A stretch of DNA of 64,000 bases, taken from contig OZ024747.1 in assembly GCA_964016885.1 (NCBI GenBank), forward strand, positions 80,104,001 through 80,168,000, written 5' to 3'. Both the position numbers and the translations under genes were made by a program. Position 1 is the stretch's first letter; every line of letters starts with the position of its first letter. Shown in pieces: positions 29,404 through 42,657 of this stretch. The DNA comes from Eledone cirrhosa. Taxonomy: Eukaryota. The notes beneath the pieces were generated by a model. The model made no database searches. It saw only the letters and a list, made by a program, of their open reading frames with translations, and was not told the origin of the DNA.

Positions 29404-29972
29404 TGGTGGCTGCCAACTCGTTTTCGAGTACGGCCACTACTTTATATCCATGTAGGAAAACCCCCACCGATGCGCTGAACGAGTGTGACTTCTTAGTCCA
29501 GCCAGAGACTTGAAAACTCTGGTACAAACACTATACTTGTGACAATTATTGACACATAGTGCTGGGCCCATGGTAGCATGTGACGACATGTGCAGAGAGA
29601 TCTCCAGATATAAAGCAATGCCTGTGCCGTGAAGCTTTTATAGTGAGCAAAGGCACTGCACAAAGCCAGTCCCACTCTCTTAACCAAGATGATATTTACC
29701 AAAAAGAAGAACAAGTCAACATCATTGGATACCATCAGGGTTGCAGGTGTTATATCAGAGTTTTCCTTCTCCTAGAATTCTACCTTGACAAAGGCTAAGG
29801 GGTCATCTCCCCCGGTGATTTTGGATGGCCATTGACTCTTAAGAGCTCCTTTGCCCTTTGGCAGGTTTTATTTTTAGTCCTGCAGGATGTCCAAAGTCAC
29901 CCTCCTCATCAAGAAACCTTGGTGGGGTTGCCAGTTTAGTCGCCAACGATCCGACCATGAGTCAGGTTGTAC
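29404..29972 (-). mobile_element. ~610-bp non-autonomous retroelement (family T), slightly 5'-truncated
   Basis: One of seven high-identity copies; fixed end TGGTGGCTGCCAACTCG; embedded in (TACA)n. Confidence 0.88.
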
Positions 29973-30113
29973 ATATATATATACATACATATATACATAC
30001 ATATATACATACATACGTATATACATACATACATACATACATAGACACATATATACATACATACATAAATACATACATACATATATACATACACACATAC
30101 ATACATTTATACA

Positions 30114-30181
<68 letters not shown>

Positions 30182-30191
30182 CATATACATG

Positions 30192-30535
30192 AAATGGACC
30201 TCCGCCGGTTTCAACGATGAGCGTTCCAGTTGTATGCTCAACGAACAGCCTACTTGTGAAATTAACGTGTAACTGGATCAGCCTTCCACAGACACGTGCA
30301 ACCCTTAACTTCAATCTCAGGAAGATTCAGCGTGACAAGGCTGATCCTTTGAATTATAGACACAGTATAGCCAACGAGGCTCCAAATAGATTCCCCTTAA
30401 CCTCAGTTTCACTTACAAAGTATGAGACCCTCCGAGGCTATGGTAACTGACACGTGCAGAGGATTCTACGCAGTGGGATCGAATTCAAGAGCTCATGACC
30501 GCGAAGCAAACATCTTAACCATTCGGTTACGCTGC
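30192..30535 (-). mobile_element. tRNA-derived SINE (third family)
   Basis: Minus-strand head TGGTTAAGATG...GAATTCGATCCC followed by a non-coding body. Confidence 0.6.
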
Positions 30536-31166
30536 ACCCCCCTCTCTCTCTCTCTCACACACACACACAGACATGCATGTATACACTACAGACGTTCACA
30601 GAGTATCTGTCTACTACATCTCACTCCTCACCTGACATTGATCCACCTGAGGCTATATTAGAAGACACTTCTACCCCAAATGCTACACAACAGGGGTCGA
30701 ATCACTCAGATTCAGAAGAATGTATTTTGAATCGAATTTCTTAACCACACAGCCATGCATGCGGCCATTGCTCAAACTTTAAACCGTTTGACACACACCA
30801 CTGAAGTATATTTACAGCAGTTATAATTTCAGAGCAATTAAATAAAGCCATATTAACTTTTAATATCACCATTTAGAGGATAATTTTCACCGTTTATGCG
30901 TTGTTGTTACTCTTTTCTTTTAATCATCGACTTCCACTCCCAATGTTTATAGTTTTAGTATTTTCCATATTGTCATAACAGACTTTTCATTTCATTATCA
31001 AAGACGTCATAGATTTAAATGAAAAACACTGATGAAAGAACTTCCATTAAAAAAAAACATCACCACCCCAATTAAAGAAATGAGAGTACATATATCATTG
31101 AATCACTAGTGCGCAACAGGTAACACACGACTGACTTTCATTAGCTAAAGGCCATTTATCAATGTA

Positions 31167-31451
<285 letters not shown>

Positions 31452-31683
31452 ATATACATACACATATATACATACACATATATACATGTTTTTTCTAATA
31501 TCTTGTTACTGAATGACAGCATAAAGCGGATACAGATCTTATATGTGATGGATCTTCCGTCTGTATCGACGATGAACATTCAGCAGTTCCATTATTTGAT
31601 TAATCGAACGCCCAACACGTCATTTAACGTGTAAAAGGTTGAGTATTCCTCAGACGTAATCCCCCAACTGAATCAGCCTGACA

Positions 31684-31853
31684 CAGATCTGACAACTTCT
31701 AAAAACCCAAACAGGGAGTACCATAAAAAAGTGCCCCCAAACGGGGAGATTTTACATAATGAAAGCTATAGTCATTTTCAGAAGAGAAAACATCTCTTAA
31801 CCACCCCAAGGGTGAGAGATCTCCCCGTCAGATAGGGAGAGCTGACAGGTCTG
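31684..31853. mobile_element. MITE, CAGACCTG family
   Basis: Reverse-complement homologue of 27757-27948. Confidence 0.75.
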
Positions 31854-32532
31854 GTGACAGAATATATAACAAGGCTGGACTTTGAATTACTGTCACACTT
31901 CATCCGACGGGCTTCTTCACATCGACTATGTTGTTTTTACTTTATGAGAAAATGAATTCATAGGTACTACAGACCTGCCAGCCAACCTCTAAAAACCCAA
32001 ACGGAGAGTACCATAAAAAAAACTGCTCTAAAACGGGGATACACACTAATTATTGTAAGCTGTTATCTCCTATATTTAACTACAATCGCATTCCTTATAT
32101 ATACGAGTGGAATTAGAGTTATAAAAGTCTTTATGCTGAAAGTCATTCATGAAACATTAACACAGGACGGCGCCGGACTATATAAAATGGACGAACAACA
32201 ACACACATAAAAATTCCTCAATAGGAGGGGAAGACTTTCGTAGAGAAATCCCTCAAAAGACGACGGTCACCTTGATTGATTGGGCAAATGCCTCCTCCCA
32301 GTAGTCCTCCTCTGATATACAGGTGCATACTCAGAGCAGGCTCCTTCACTCGCACCATGAAAGATTTCTTTAATAATAACGAGATTATTCAAAACACATA
32401 ATGATATACATAATTATACTAGTACGGAAAATTCTCATATGTAACTGCATGGTTGTGGAACAGGCGAGAAAAATGTGTAACTGCTAACGTATATTAACAA
32501 CCTCCACACTCAGTATGTTTGTACACACATAA

Positions 32533-32575
<43 letters not shown>

Positions 32576-32704
32576 GAAGTTATATTTAATTTGTTGGGAT
32601 TCAACAAGCTTAAACGTTTTATAACTGATATAAAGCACTCAACAGTCACTGGAGTAAATATTCAATATATTAATAAATGGAAACTATATTTATAAAACCA
32701 TAAT

Positions 32705-32769
32705 TATTTTATTATATATATTTCAAGGGCAACCAAGGCAGTTTTGGTGCGCTTTCATCAGATAAAATA
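32705..32769 (-). ncRNA. Type I minimal hammerhead ribozyme (minus-strand copy)
   Basis: Reverse complement of 32908-32972. Confidence 0.75.
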
Positions 32770-32907
32770 CAAAATTTGTTTTATAAATGTTGACATACCC
32801 GTAGAAAAACAATCTTGACGGTTGAAGATTCGCTGGATAGTCAGAGAACCTTCAACCGTCAAGATTGTTTTTCTACGGGTATGTCAACATTTATAAAACA
32901 AATTTTG

Positions 32908-32972
32908 TATTTTATCTGATGAAAGCGCACCAAAACTGCCTTGGTTGCCCTTGAAATATATATAATAAAATA
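32908..32972 (+). ncRNA. Type I minimal hammerhead ribozyme
   Basis: tattttat-CTGATGA-aagcgcaccaa aactgcc ttggttgccctt-GAAA-tatata-TA^ataaaata. 8-bp stem I and palindromic stem III. Confidence 0.8.
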
Positions 32973-33014
32973 ATTATGGTTTTATAAATATAGTTTCCAT
33001 TTATTAATATATTG

Positions 33015-33047
<33 letters not shown>

Positions 33048-33054
33048 GTATATA

Positions 33055-33111
<57 letters not shown>

Positions 33112-33184
33112 GTTAAGGGTGAAAGCAACGATTCTTTGCTTAAACTTTAATCTGTTATTTTATATGGAACAATATATATATATA

Positions 33185-33225
<41 letters not shown>

Positions 33226-33406
33226 GTGTGCGTGTGTGCGTGCGTGTTTGAAAGTGTGCACGTATGTTAGAATTAGTGGTAATTGATTTATCAAGTCTAT
33301 GCATTCAAGCATCCCACAATAAGAAATATGTTTTGGCATATATCCTAGGGTGTACAACTCCAAGACATATTACTATCAATACTGACACAGCTATACGTTA
33401 ACACAC

Positions 33407-33485
<79 letters not shown>

Positions 33486-33930
33486 CATGGTGATACACAT
33501 CATGAAAAGATATAAAATACTTTTAATAGTGACGAGAAATATTACGTCTTTTCACAGTTCACATAGCTTAATTACATCAAGATATAGAAGCATAATAAAA
33601 CCACGAAAGAATTCCTTCCCCGATGACAATGGATTCACTTCACTAAACCATTTGCTGAATGTCATAACTATGGAAAATTGTCCAAGAGATTTTGTATAGT
33701 TTCCAGTTCCCGAAACATGTGCATTATTCAACCATTATGGGTGTTTTTAGACTGTGTCACTTTGAATTTAATGGTTACAATTTCCAGCCATTGCCAGCTG
33801 AAACAAACGTATGTGTATATGTATATCTATAGAAATATGCTTCTAGTAATTTATAAATATATATGTGAGTGAATGTATGCACAAGTGTATGTGTGTGCGA
33901 GTGTGTGCGAGTATGTGTGTGTGTGTGTGT

Positions 33931-33989
<59 letters not shown>

Positions 33990-34153
33990 TGTTTGTGTGT
34001 GTGTGTGATGGTAAGATAGAGATAGATAGAGAGAGAGAGAGAGACGAAAGTTTTGAGAGATTTCAATTAATTCATAAATGCATTTCAATCTATATATTTA
34101 TGGATAAGTATTCGCTTAAGGGTAACACATGAATAATTACGTATGTATATATA

Positions 34154-34195
<42 letters not shown>

Positions 34196-34407
34196 GTGTG
34201 TGTGTGTGTGTGTGTGTGTGTGCTAGTACATGCATGTGTATGTGCGTACATATAGTGTGTGTGAGATGATATATAGTATATGTAGTAGATAATATACTAA
34301 AATACAGACACATATATACACATGCATATACGTATATGTATAAATAATGAAAAATCACTTATATACTCTCAGATAGTATTGGCACACACACACACACACA
34401 CACACAC

Positions 34408-34441
<34 letters not shown>

Positions 34442-34448
34442 CATACAT

Positions 34449-34507
<59 letters not shown>

Positions 34508-34511
<4 letters not shown>

Positions 34512-34698
34512 AACGAGTAGGACCCCGACGGCTGAGCTCAAGCCGTTTCGACGGCTAATTCTGGACTGAATTAGCCGTCGAAACGGCTTGAGCTCAGCCG
34601 TCGGGGTCCTACTCGTTCCTATTACCCACTCTACTACCCTAAGTATTGAGTACTTTGGTGCGTTATGGTCCACCTGGTTCCTTACCACATTTCCTTCG

Positions 34699-34700
<2 letters not shown>
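34508..34700 (+). mobile_element. Foldback element (54-bp arms) with a half-hammerhead and tail, in (TA)n
   Basis: Arms 34508-34561/34568-34621; GAAA-cggct-tgagctc-agccg-TC^ggggtcc is present but CUGANGA is absent. Confidence 0.75.
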
Positions 34701-34767
<67 letters not shown>

Positions 34768-34794
34768 TAAATTTATATATATATACCGATATAC

Positions 34795-34863
<69 letters not shown>

Positions 34864-34864
34864 C

Positions 34865-34898
<34 letters not shown>

Positions 34899-34899
34899 G

Positions 34900-34936
<37 letters not shown>

Positions 34937-35789
34937 TCTCTTATCTTCGGCTGCCACGCTGGAGATGTGGAATGGAAAAGAGGGGAAAAGAAAGATAAGA
35001 CGCTAACCAAGAAACTTATAATGATTTGGCTGGGTGATGATGATGATGACAAGGGGAAAGAAAACGCGAAGAAAAGTAGTAGTAGTAGTACTAGTAGTAG
35101 TAGTATGGCAATAGGCGACTGGTTGAAACGAAACGTAATTAGGTTCCTATTGTTTTCTCCCCCCACAAATCTTCACCACTGATTTGGTTAAAATGGATTC
35201 AGTTTTAAACTGGAATCAGCTAAAATGATATGACTAAATTCTAAGCCAGAATACTCATCTATAGAACCCCCAAACCTAATAATTTCCTGCCATTAACATA
35301 CGTTATGCCAGCACGATTCTATATATTCTTGCTGTGCCATACATATAATTTTTCCCTGGCAGCGATCCACTCGGGAATAACAGCAACAGCGATGATGCTG
35401 ATGATTATGATAATAAATTCATAATTTCACGTTTCTGGAATATAATTATATACTTATGATATCTTGTCCTTCTCATTTTCCACTTCTATCGAGGCAAGAA
35501 CTCTTTAATGTGGCCACCCTGCTAGAAATAGCAGCGAAATCTTTAAAAAAAAACAAACAGTTGTCAACAAAATAGCAAGGCTATATACCATAATGTTGTC
35601 TGAAATATTGCCTGATAATAAATTAGTCCAAGACACCATCCATATGGTGTGTACCCTATAGTTGATCTCGGGTGAAACGACAACATCAACAGCAATTATT
35701 TCTAAAATAAAATAGTGATAAATCTCGAGGTGAGCTATATGAGTTTGTATATTCATGCGTTGCAGAGTTCATATATCATTTTCCTATTG

Positions 35790-36150
35790 GAAAGTAGAAA
35801 TAATGAAAATATCAATGTCGGAATCTTAAGGAGGCTATCCAAAGCAACTGTCTCCTTTGGTAAATTGCAGCAGCACCCGTGTGTGAAACGAGAAACGTCT
35901 TAGTCGGGAAACCAAAACAATGAATCTGAGACCCGATTACCTTATATGTTCCATATAGAAAAATTAGAGACTTTCCATTAGCATTGCTGGCATAGCATCT
36001 GTGATGGACAGATTCTATAATATTGATCTTTTAAAGAAATGTAGCATTTCAGGCATTGAAGCCTTGCTTATACAATATGAATTTAGATGGAATCGACATG
36101 TATTTCGCTTCGTCATATACAGCGAACGTGACGATGGTGCACTAAAGACC
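35790..36150 (+). pseudogene. Decayed RTE-clade LINE RT C-terminal fragment
   Basis: NINVGILRRLSKATVSFGKL and NIDLLKKCSISGIEALLIQYEFRWNRHVFR resemble the RTE R..KA..FG.L and LRW.GHV.R motifs. Confidence 0.65.
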
Positions 36151-36530
36151 TTTTTAACGACATAAATCGATTTCATATTATAGAAATAGACATATATCAG
36201 CCTTCGAAATATGGCGCTGCATTGCTAATTATAGAGAAAAATTTATAACATCGCAATAAATAAAATGTTGAGTCTTTAAGGGTAGATACAATGACAGAGA
36301 AGAAAGAAAAGGAAGAAAAACAAAATAGTAAATCTAACTTGTCACGGGTTTGATCTGATCGTGATGTGATTTGTGAGCATTAGGGTTTTGTAAATCTACA
36401 GATTGATGTTTCACCGTTGACACAAGTATTAGGCAACTGATAGGATACTCGTGCTTAGAAATCGACGAGGGAAACCAAATGCACATGATATAAATTACAG
36501 TCCTAGATGTCTTATGGTTGGGCTAACCAG

Positions 36531-36723
36531 AATAATTGTTTCTACTTTTGGCACAAGGCCAGCAATTATCCCAGTGCATTACTGGTACTTTATTTTATCG
36601 ACTCCGTAAGGATAAAAGGCAAAGTTAACCTCGACGGGTTTTTAACTCAGACCATAAAGGGACGTAACTATGCTAGAAAGCATGGCGTCCAACCCTCTAC
36701 CGATACTATCAATTCACCGCCCT
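36531..36723 (-). mobile_element. SINE family A
   Basis: Reverse complement of the 23700 copy. Confidence 0.88.
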
Positions 36724-37240
36724 ATGAAACAGGTTGACCAAAGTCTAAACAACTCTCTTTGCTCTTTCTACCATTGTTACAATGGCTTATGATTCTCAAA
36801 GCTGGATGGTTTTGTACCACATTAACTCAGGCACTCCCGACTCATCACACTTCTCTTCATTATCCATATTGTGTTCACCATCCAGGTTCCACCCAAGCCA
36901 CTCTATCTATTCCTTCCTTCACAAAAGCAGAGTCCTCCCTAGAAATATTGTCCGTGGACATGTTTTTCGTGCAGTTGTCAACTTGAAACCATTGAAGAGT
37001 AAGGTTAAAGTCAACAACCTCATTTGTCTCAAGAGGGTTGCAAAGGTCACATTGGCAGCCTAGCAGACCAAACCAATACAAACTAACACATATGCACACA
37101 TACACACATACACACATACACACATGCATACATACATACATACATACATACATACATACATACATACATACATACATACATACATGCACACATGCATACA
37201 TATATACATACATACATACATATATACATACATACATACA

Positions 37241-37847
37241 TGGTGGCTGCCAACTCGTTTTCGAGTACGGCCACTACTTTATATCCATGTAGGAGAACCC
37301 CTACCGATGCGCTGAACGAGTGTGACTTTTTAGTCCAGCCAGCGACTTGAAAACTCTGGTACAAACACTACACTTGTGACAATTATTGGCACATAGTGCT
37401 GGGCCCATGGTACCCTGTGACGACAAGTGCAGAGAGATCTCCAGATATAAAGCAATGCCTGTGCCGTGAAGCTTTTATAGTGAGCAAAGGCACTGCACAA
37501 AGCCAGTCCCACTCTCTTAACCAAGATGATATTTACCAAAAAGAAGAATAAGTCAACATCATTGGATACCATCAGGGCTGCAGGTGTTATATCAGAGTTT
37601 TCCTTCTCCTAGAATTCTGCCTTGATAAAGGCTAAGGGGTCATCTCTCCCGGTGATTTTGGATGGCCATTGACTCTTAAGAGCTCCTTTGCCTTTTGACA
37701 GGTTTTGTTTTTAGTCCTGCAGGATGTCCAAAGTCACCCTCCTCACCAAGAAACCTTGGTGGGGTTGCCAGTTTAGTCGCCAACGACCCGACCATGAGAC
37801 AGGTTGTACTGGGATGCATGTTACCAGTAGCACAACTGGTGACCTGA
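37241..37847 (-). mobile_element. Family T element, apparently full length
   Basis: Ends at GGTGACCTGA, as does the 61490-62083 copy; flanked by (TACA)n. Confidence 0.9.
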
Positions 37848-37898
37848 CATAACATACATATATACATACATACATACATTCATACATATATACATACA

Positions 37899-38308
37899 TG
37901 GTGGCTGCCAACTCGTTTTCGAGTACGGCCACTACTTTATATCCATGTAGGAGAACCCCTACTGATGCGCTGAACGAGTGTGACTTTTTAGTCCAGCCAG
38001 CGACTTGAAATCTCTGGTACAAACACTACACTTGTGACGATTACTGACACATAGTGCTGGGCCCATGGTACCATGTGATGATAAGTGCAGAGAGATCTCC
38101 AGATATAAAGCAATGCCTGTGCTGTGAAGCTTTTATAGTGAGAAAAGGCACTGCACAAAGCCAGTCCCACTCTCTTAACCAAGATGATATTTACCAAAAA
38201 GAAGAACAAGTCAACATCATTGGATACCATCAGGGTTGCAGGTGTTATATCAGAGTTTTCCTTCTCTTAGAATTCTGCCTTGACAAAGGCTAAGGGGTCA
38301 TCTCTCCC
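37899..38308 (-). mobile_element. Family T element, 5'-truncated
   Basis: Same fixed end; stops at GGGTCATCTCTCCC. Confidence 0.9.
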
Positions 38309-38653
38309 ATACATACATACATACATTCATACATACATATATACATACACACATACATACACACGTGTGTGCACGATTCTAAGTGCAAATCCTTCAGTGT
38401 TTACTTTCTTTCTCTGTCTCTATAAATAATTAAAATGAAATTGTCGCCATTGCGTGTTGAAGTTTTAAAAATGTTAAGTTTAATTGTACAATGTCAGTCA
38501 GGTTGTAGAGGACAGAAGAAGACGTCGGGGAGAGAAGGAAAAGTCATGGTGTGGGGGGATAGAGCTAAAGAAAATGAGTGAACTGGTATATATATATATA
38601 TATATATATGTATGTACATTATATGTATACACTATATATAAATGAGTGAACTG

Positions 38654-38717
<64 letters not shown>

Positions 38718-38776
38718 ACACTATATATACAATATACATACATATATATATATGTATACATTCTATATAAATATGT

Positions 38777-38845
<69 letters not shown>

Positions 38846-38987
38846 TATGTATATATATATACACACAGTATATATATATATTTATACACATTATATATAT
38901 ATACACATTATATATATATATATATATATATACATACATATATGTATATATATACACACACACACATATATATACATATATATATAT

Positions 38988-39061
<74 letters not shown>

Positions 39062-39349
39062 CTCTATATATACACACATACATATATGAATATCAGTGAG
39101 AGAGAGAGAGAGAGGAGGTGGTGGTCATCAGTAAATTAATAGTTACATTAACTCGTCCTAAAATTGACTACCTCCCCCTCCAGCCCCCCCCCCCCTAATA
39201 TCTTCTACACTTTCCCTTTTCCTATTACCTCTCCCTTTCTTTCATAGTCTCTCTTCCTCTCTTTCTCTTCCTTTCTTTTATGACCGTTCTTTATGGTAAT
39301 TAAAACCAATGATTGGAAAAACTAATTTTTTCCCATTCACCAACGTGGT

Positions 39350-40350
39350 GCACACACGCACACTTACACACACACACACACGCACACATACACATGCACA
39401 CTTAAACACACACACACACACGCACACATACACATGCACACTTAAACACACACACACACACGCACACATACACATGCACACTTAAACACACACACATACA
39501 TACACACGCACACTTACACACACACACACACGCACACATACACATGCACACTTAAACACACACATATACATACACATGCACACTTACACACACATACACA
39601 TGCACACTTAAACACACACATATACATACACATGCACACTTACACACACACACACATACACATGCACACTTAAACACACACATATACATAGACACGCACA
39701 CTTACACACACACACACATACACATGCACACTTAAACACACACATATTCATACACATGCACACTTACACACACACACACGCACACATACACATGCACACT
39801 TAAACGCACACATATACATACACATGCACACTTACACACACACACACACACACGCACACATACACATGCACACTTAAACACACACATATACATACACATG
39901 TACACTTACACACACACACACACGCACACATACACATGCACACTTAAACACACACATATACATACACATGTACACTTACACACACACACACACGCACACA
40001 TACACATGCACACTTAAACACACACACATATACATACACAAACACACGCACATACGCGCGCAGACACACGCACGCGCACACTTAGATACACGCACACACA
40101 CGTGCATATACACACACACACGTGCACATACACACACACATGCACACTTACACACATATACACACAGACACACACATACACACGCGCACACATACACACG
40201 CTTACTTACACTTACAGGCATACACACATACGCGCACACGTACATACACGCACGCAAATACGCGCACGCGCATACACACATGTGCACACACACACACGTG
40301 CACACACACGTGCACACACACATACACGCACACATACGCACACACACACA
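39350..40350. repeat. CA-rich minisatellite (CACATGCACACTTA units)
   Basis: Recurrent catgcacactta(a)acacacac units. Confidence 0.85.
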
Positions 40351-40553
40351 CAGTATATAAACATACTGTACATATACATATACATACATTCACACTCTCT
40401 TTCGCCATCTCACTATATATATACGTATTTTCTTTTGTCACTCTCTCTCTCTTTCTCTCTCTTTCCATATTTTACTTCTCTGGAAACTCTACTTTTCTCC
40501 CTTCTTTTCTTTATGTCGTACTATTCCATCTCTTACTCTCTCCTTCCATCCCA

Positions 40554-40658
<105 letters not shown>

Positions 40659-40670
40659 TCACCCTCTCTC

Positions 40671-40704
<34 letters not shown>

Positions 40705-40783
40705 CCTCTCTCTCTCTCTCCCAGTCTCACTCTCTTTTTCTACATTTCTCTCTCAATTTCCTCATACCTCACCTTTCTTCTTG

Positions 40784-40821
<38 letters not shown>

Positions 40822-40822
<1 letters not shown>

Positions 40823-41082
40823 GGGCCTTCTCTGTTTATAAGCCTGTAGGTTGAGGAAGAGAGCAAAAGGAAGAAAGGAGCACTTGCACAACACGCTCCT
40901 GGAGTTGAGGGTCGTTCTATCGACAGGGTATTAAACAACCCATTTGTGGCGCCTCCCCCCTATTGGGGATTTCGATTGTTGAAATTGTTTGTTTTTATAT
41001 TTTTTACACGACTGTATGTAAAATCCCCGGCATGTCTTTGTATTGTCCCCTTTCTTGTTGCGCCCTTGTGGCTAATAAAGAA

Positions 41083-41083
<1 letters not shown>
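40822..41083 (+). mobile_element. Short 3' fragment of the Tx1 family inside (TATC)n
   Basis: TGGGCCTTCTCT...AGCCTGTAGG matches the ORF2 end; ends GCTAATAAAGAAA; (TATC)n on both sides. Confidence 0.85.
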
Positions 41084-41143
<60 letters not shown>

Positions 41144-41296
41144 ATTACTCACTCTCTTTGTCGTAGTTTCTATTCCTCTATTTTTTTTCACTATTTCTTG
41201 CCTCCATCTTTCTATTTCTACCTCTTTACTCTTTTTCTTATATCTCACTCCTTATCTCCCCCCCCCCCACCTCTCGCGCTTTTTATATTTGCCTAC

Positions 41297-41435
<139 letters not shown>

Positions 41436-41459
41436 TCTATACACATACATACAGTCACA

Positions 41460-41546
<87 letters not shown>

Positions 41547-41603
41547 CTGGGTGCATATGTATGTATTATGGAAGGATATGTATGTATATACATAGATACA
41601 TAC

Positions 41604-41659
<56 letters not shown>

Positions 41660-41781
41660 CAGCTACAACTTCGATACATAAATATTATTATTATATTATA
41701 CAAAGAAGTTATTATATTATACATATATATATATATATATGTGTGTGTGTGTATACAATCACACACACACACACATACACG

Positions 41782-41812
<31 letters not shown>

Positions 41813-42111
41813 ATATATGTATAATATATTGGGTGTGCTAGGATTGCCTATTTTAAGCTGTAGTAATTATGGTGGTTTTATAAACAACTCTTGAGATATA
41901 ATAAGTGTTTTTTTATGGCTTAGCGTCTTTCTGATGAGTATTTTCTTTGTCGGAGTTTTCTAATTATATATACATATACACACACCTTCACACCCATACA
42001 TACATATATACACACCTTCACATACATACATACATACAAACATACATACATACATACATATATATATATAAATACATACATGCATACAGACATACATACA
42101 GACATACATAC

Positions 42112-42575
42112 AAGGAGAATATTTATGCAGAACTGATGAGAAATCTGCAGATACTCCACCCTGATTACACCTTCAGATTTATACCTGTGATTATTGGTGC
42201 ACTGGGATATGTTACTAACTGCCTCAATACAAATCTTAAGAAGCTAGGCTTCACAGGAACAGAAAGAACACAACTAGTTAGGAAATTACAAGTACAATCC
42301 ATTAATGGAACAGTAAAATATGTAAAACATTCCAAAAATGTTGCATCTAATAACTGCATATACACATGTACAGATACAAAGCATATACACATGCACACAT
42401 ACAACTCAAAATATACACATCCACACATACAATAACATCCATATCTACACATGCATGCATACATATCTACCTAGTTGATGTTGTGTAAATTCCAATGAGA
42501 GAGTCTTGTGTCTATGTTAGAAACCGACTCTCTCTTTATTGGTAAAAAATTTGTGAAATTATAAAACCAGAAGAA
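42112..42575 (+). mobile_element. Diverged R4/Dong-like 3' fragment
   Basis: KENIYAELMRNLQILHPDYTFRFIPVIIGALGY is homologous to the C-terminus of the 42658 element; flanked by (TACA)n. Confidence 0.8.
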
Positions 42576-42657
42576 CATACATACATACATACATACATAC
42601 ATACATACATACATACATACATACATACATACATACATACATACATACATACAGACA

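Larger units (their letters stand above)
32573..33014 (-). mobile_element. Penelope-like foldback element (165-bp arms) with tail, in (TA)n
   Basis: Arms 32663-32827/32850-33014 with a 22-nt spacer and a unique tail 32573-32662; a hammerhead in each arm. Confidence 0.8.

Noticed and set aside
37330-37572. Recurrent 80-aa ORF MVSNDVDLFFFLVN... in family T copies
   Set aside because: Conservation is explained by recent copying, there is no recognisable domain, and the frame is broken in the 61103 and 61490 copies.
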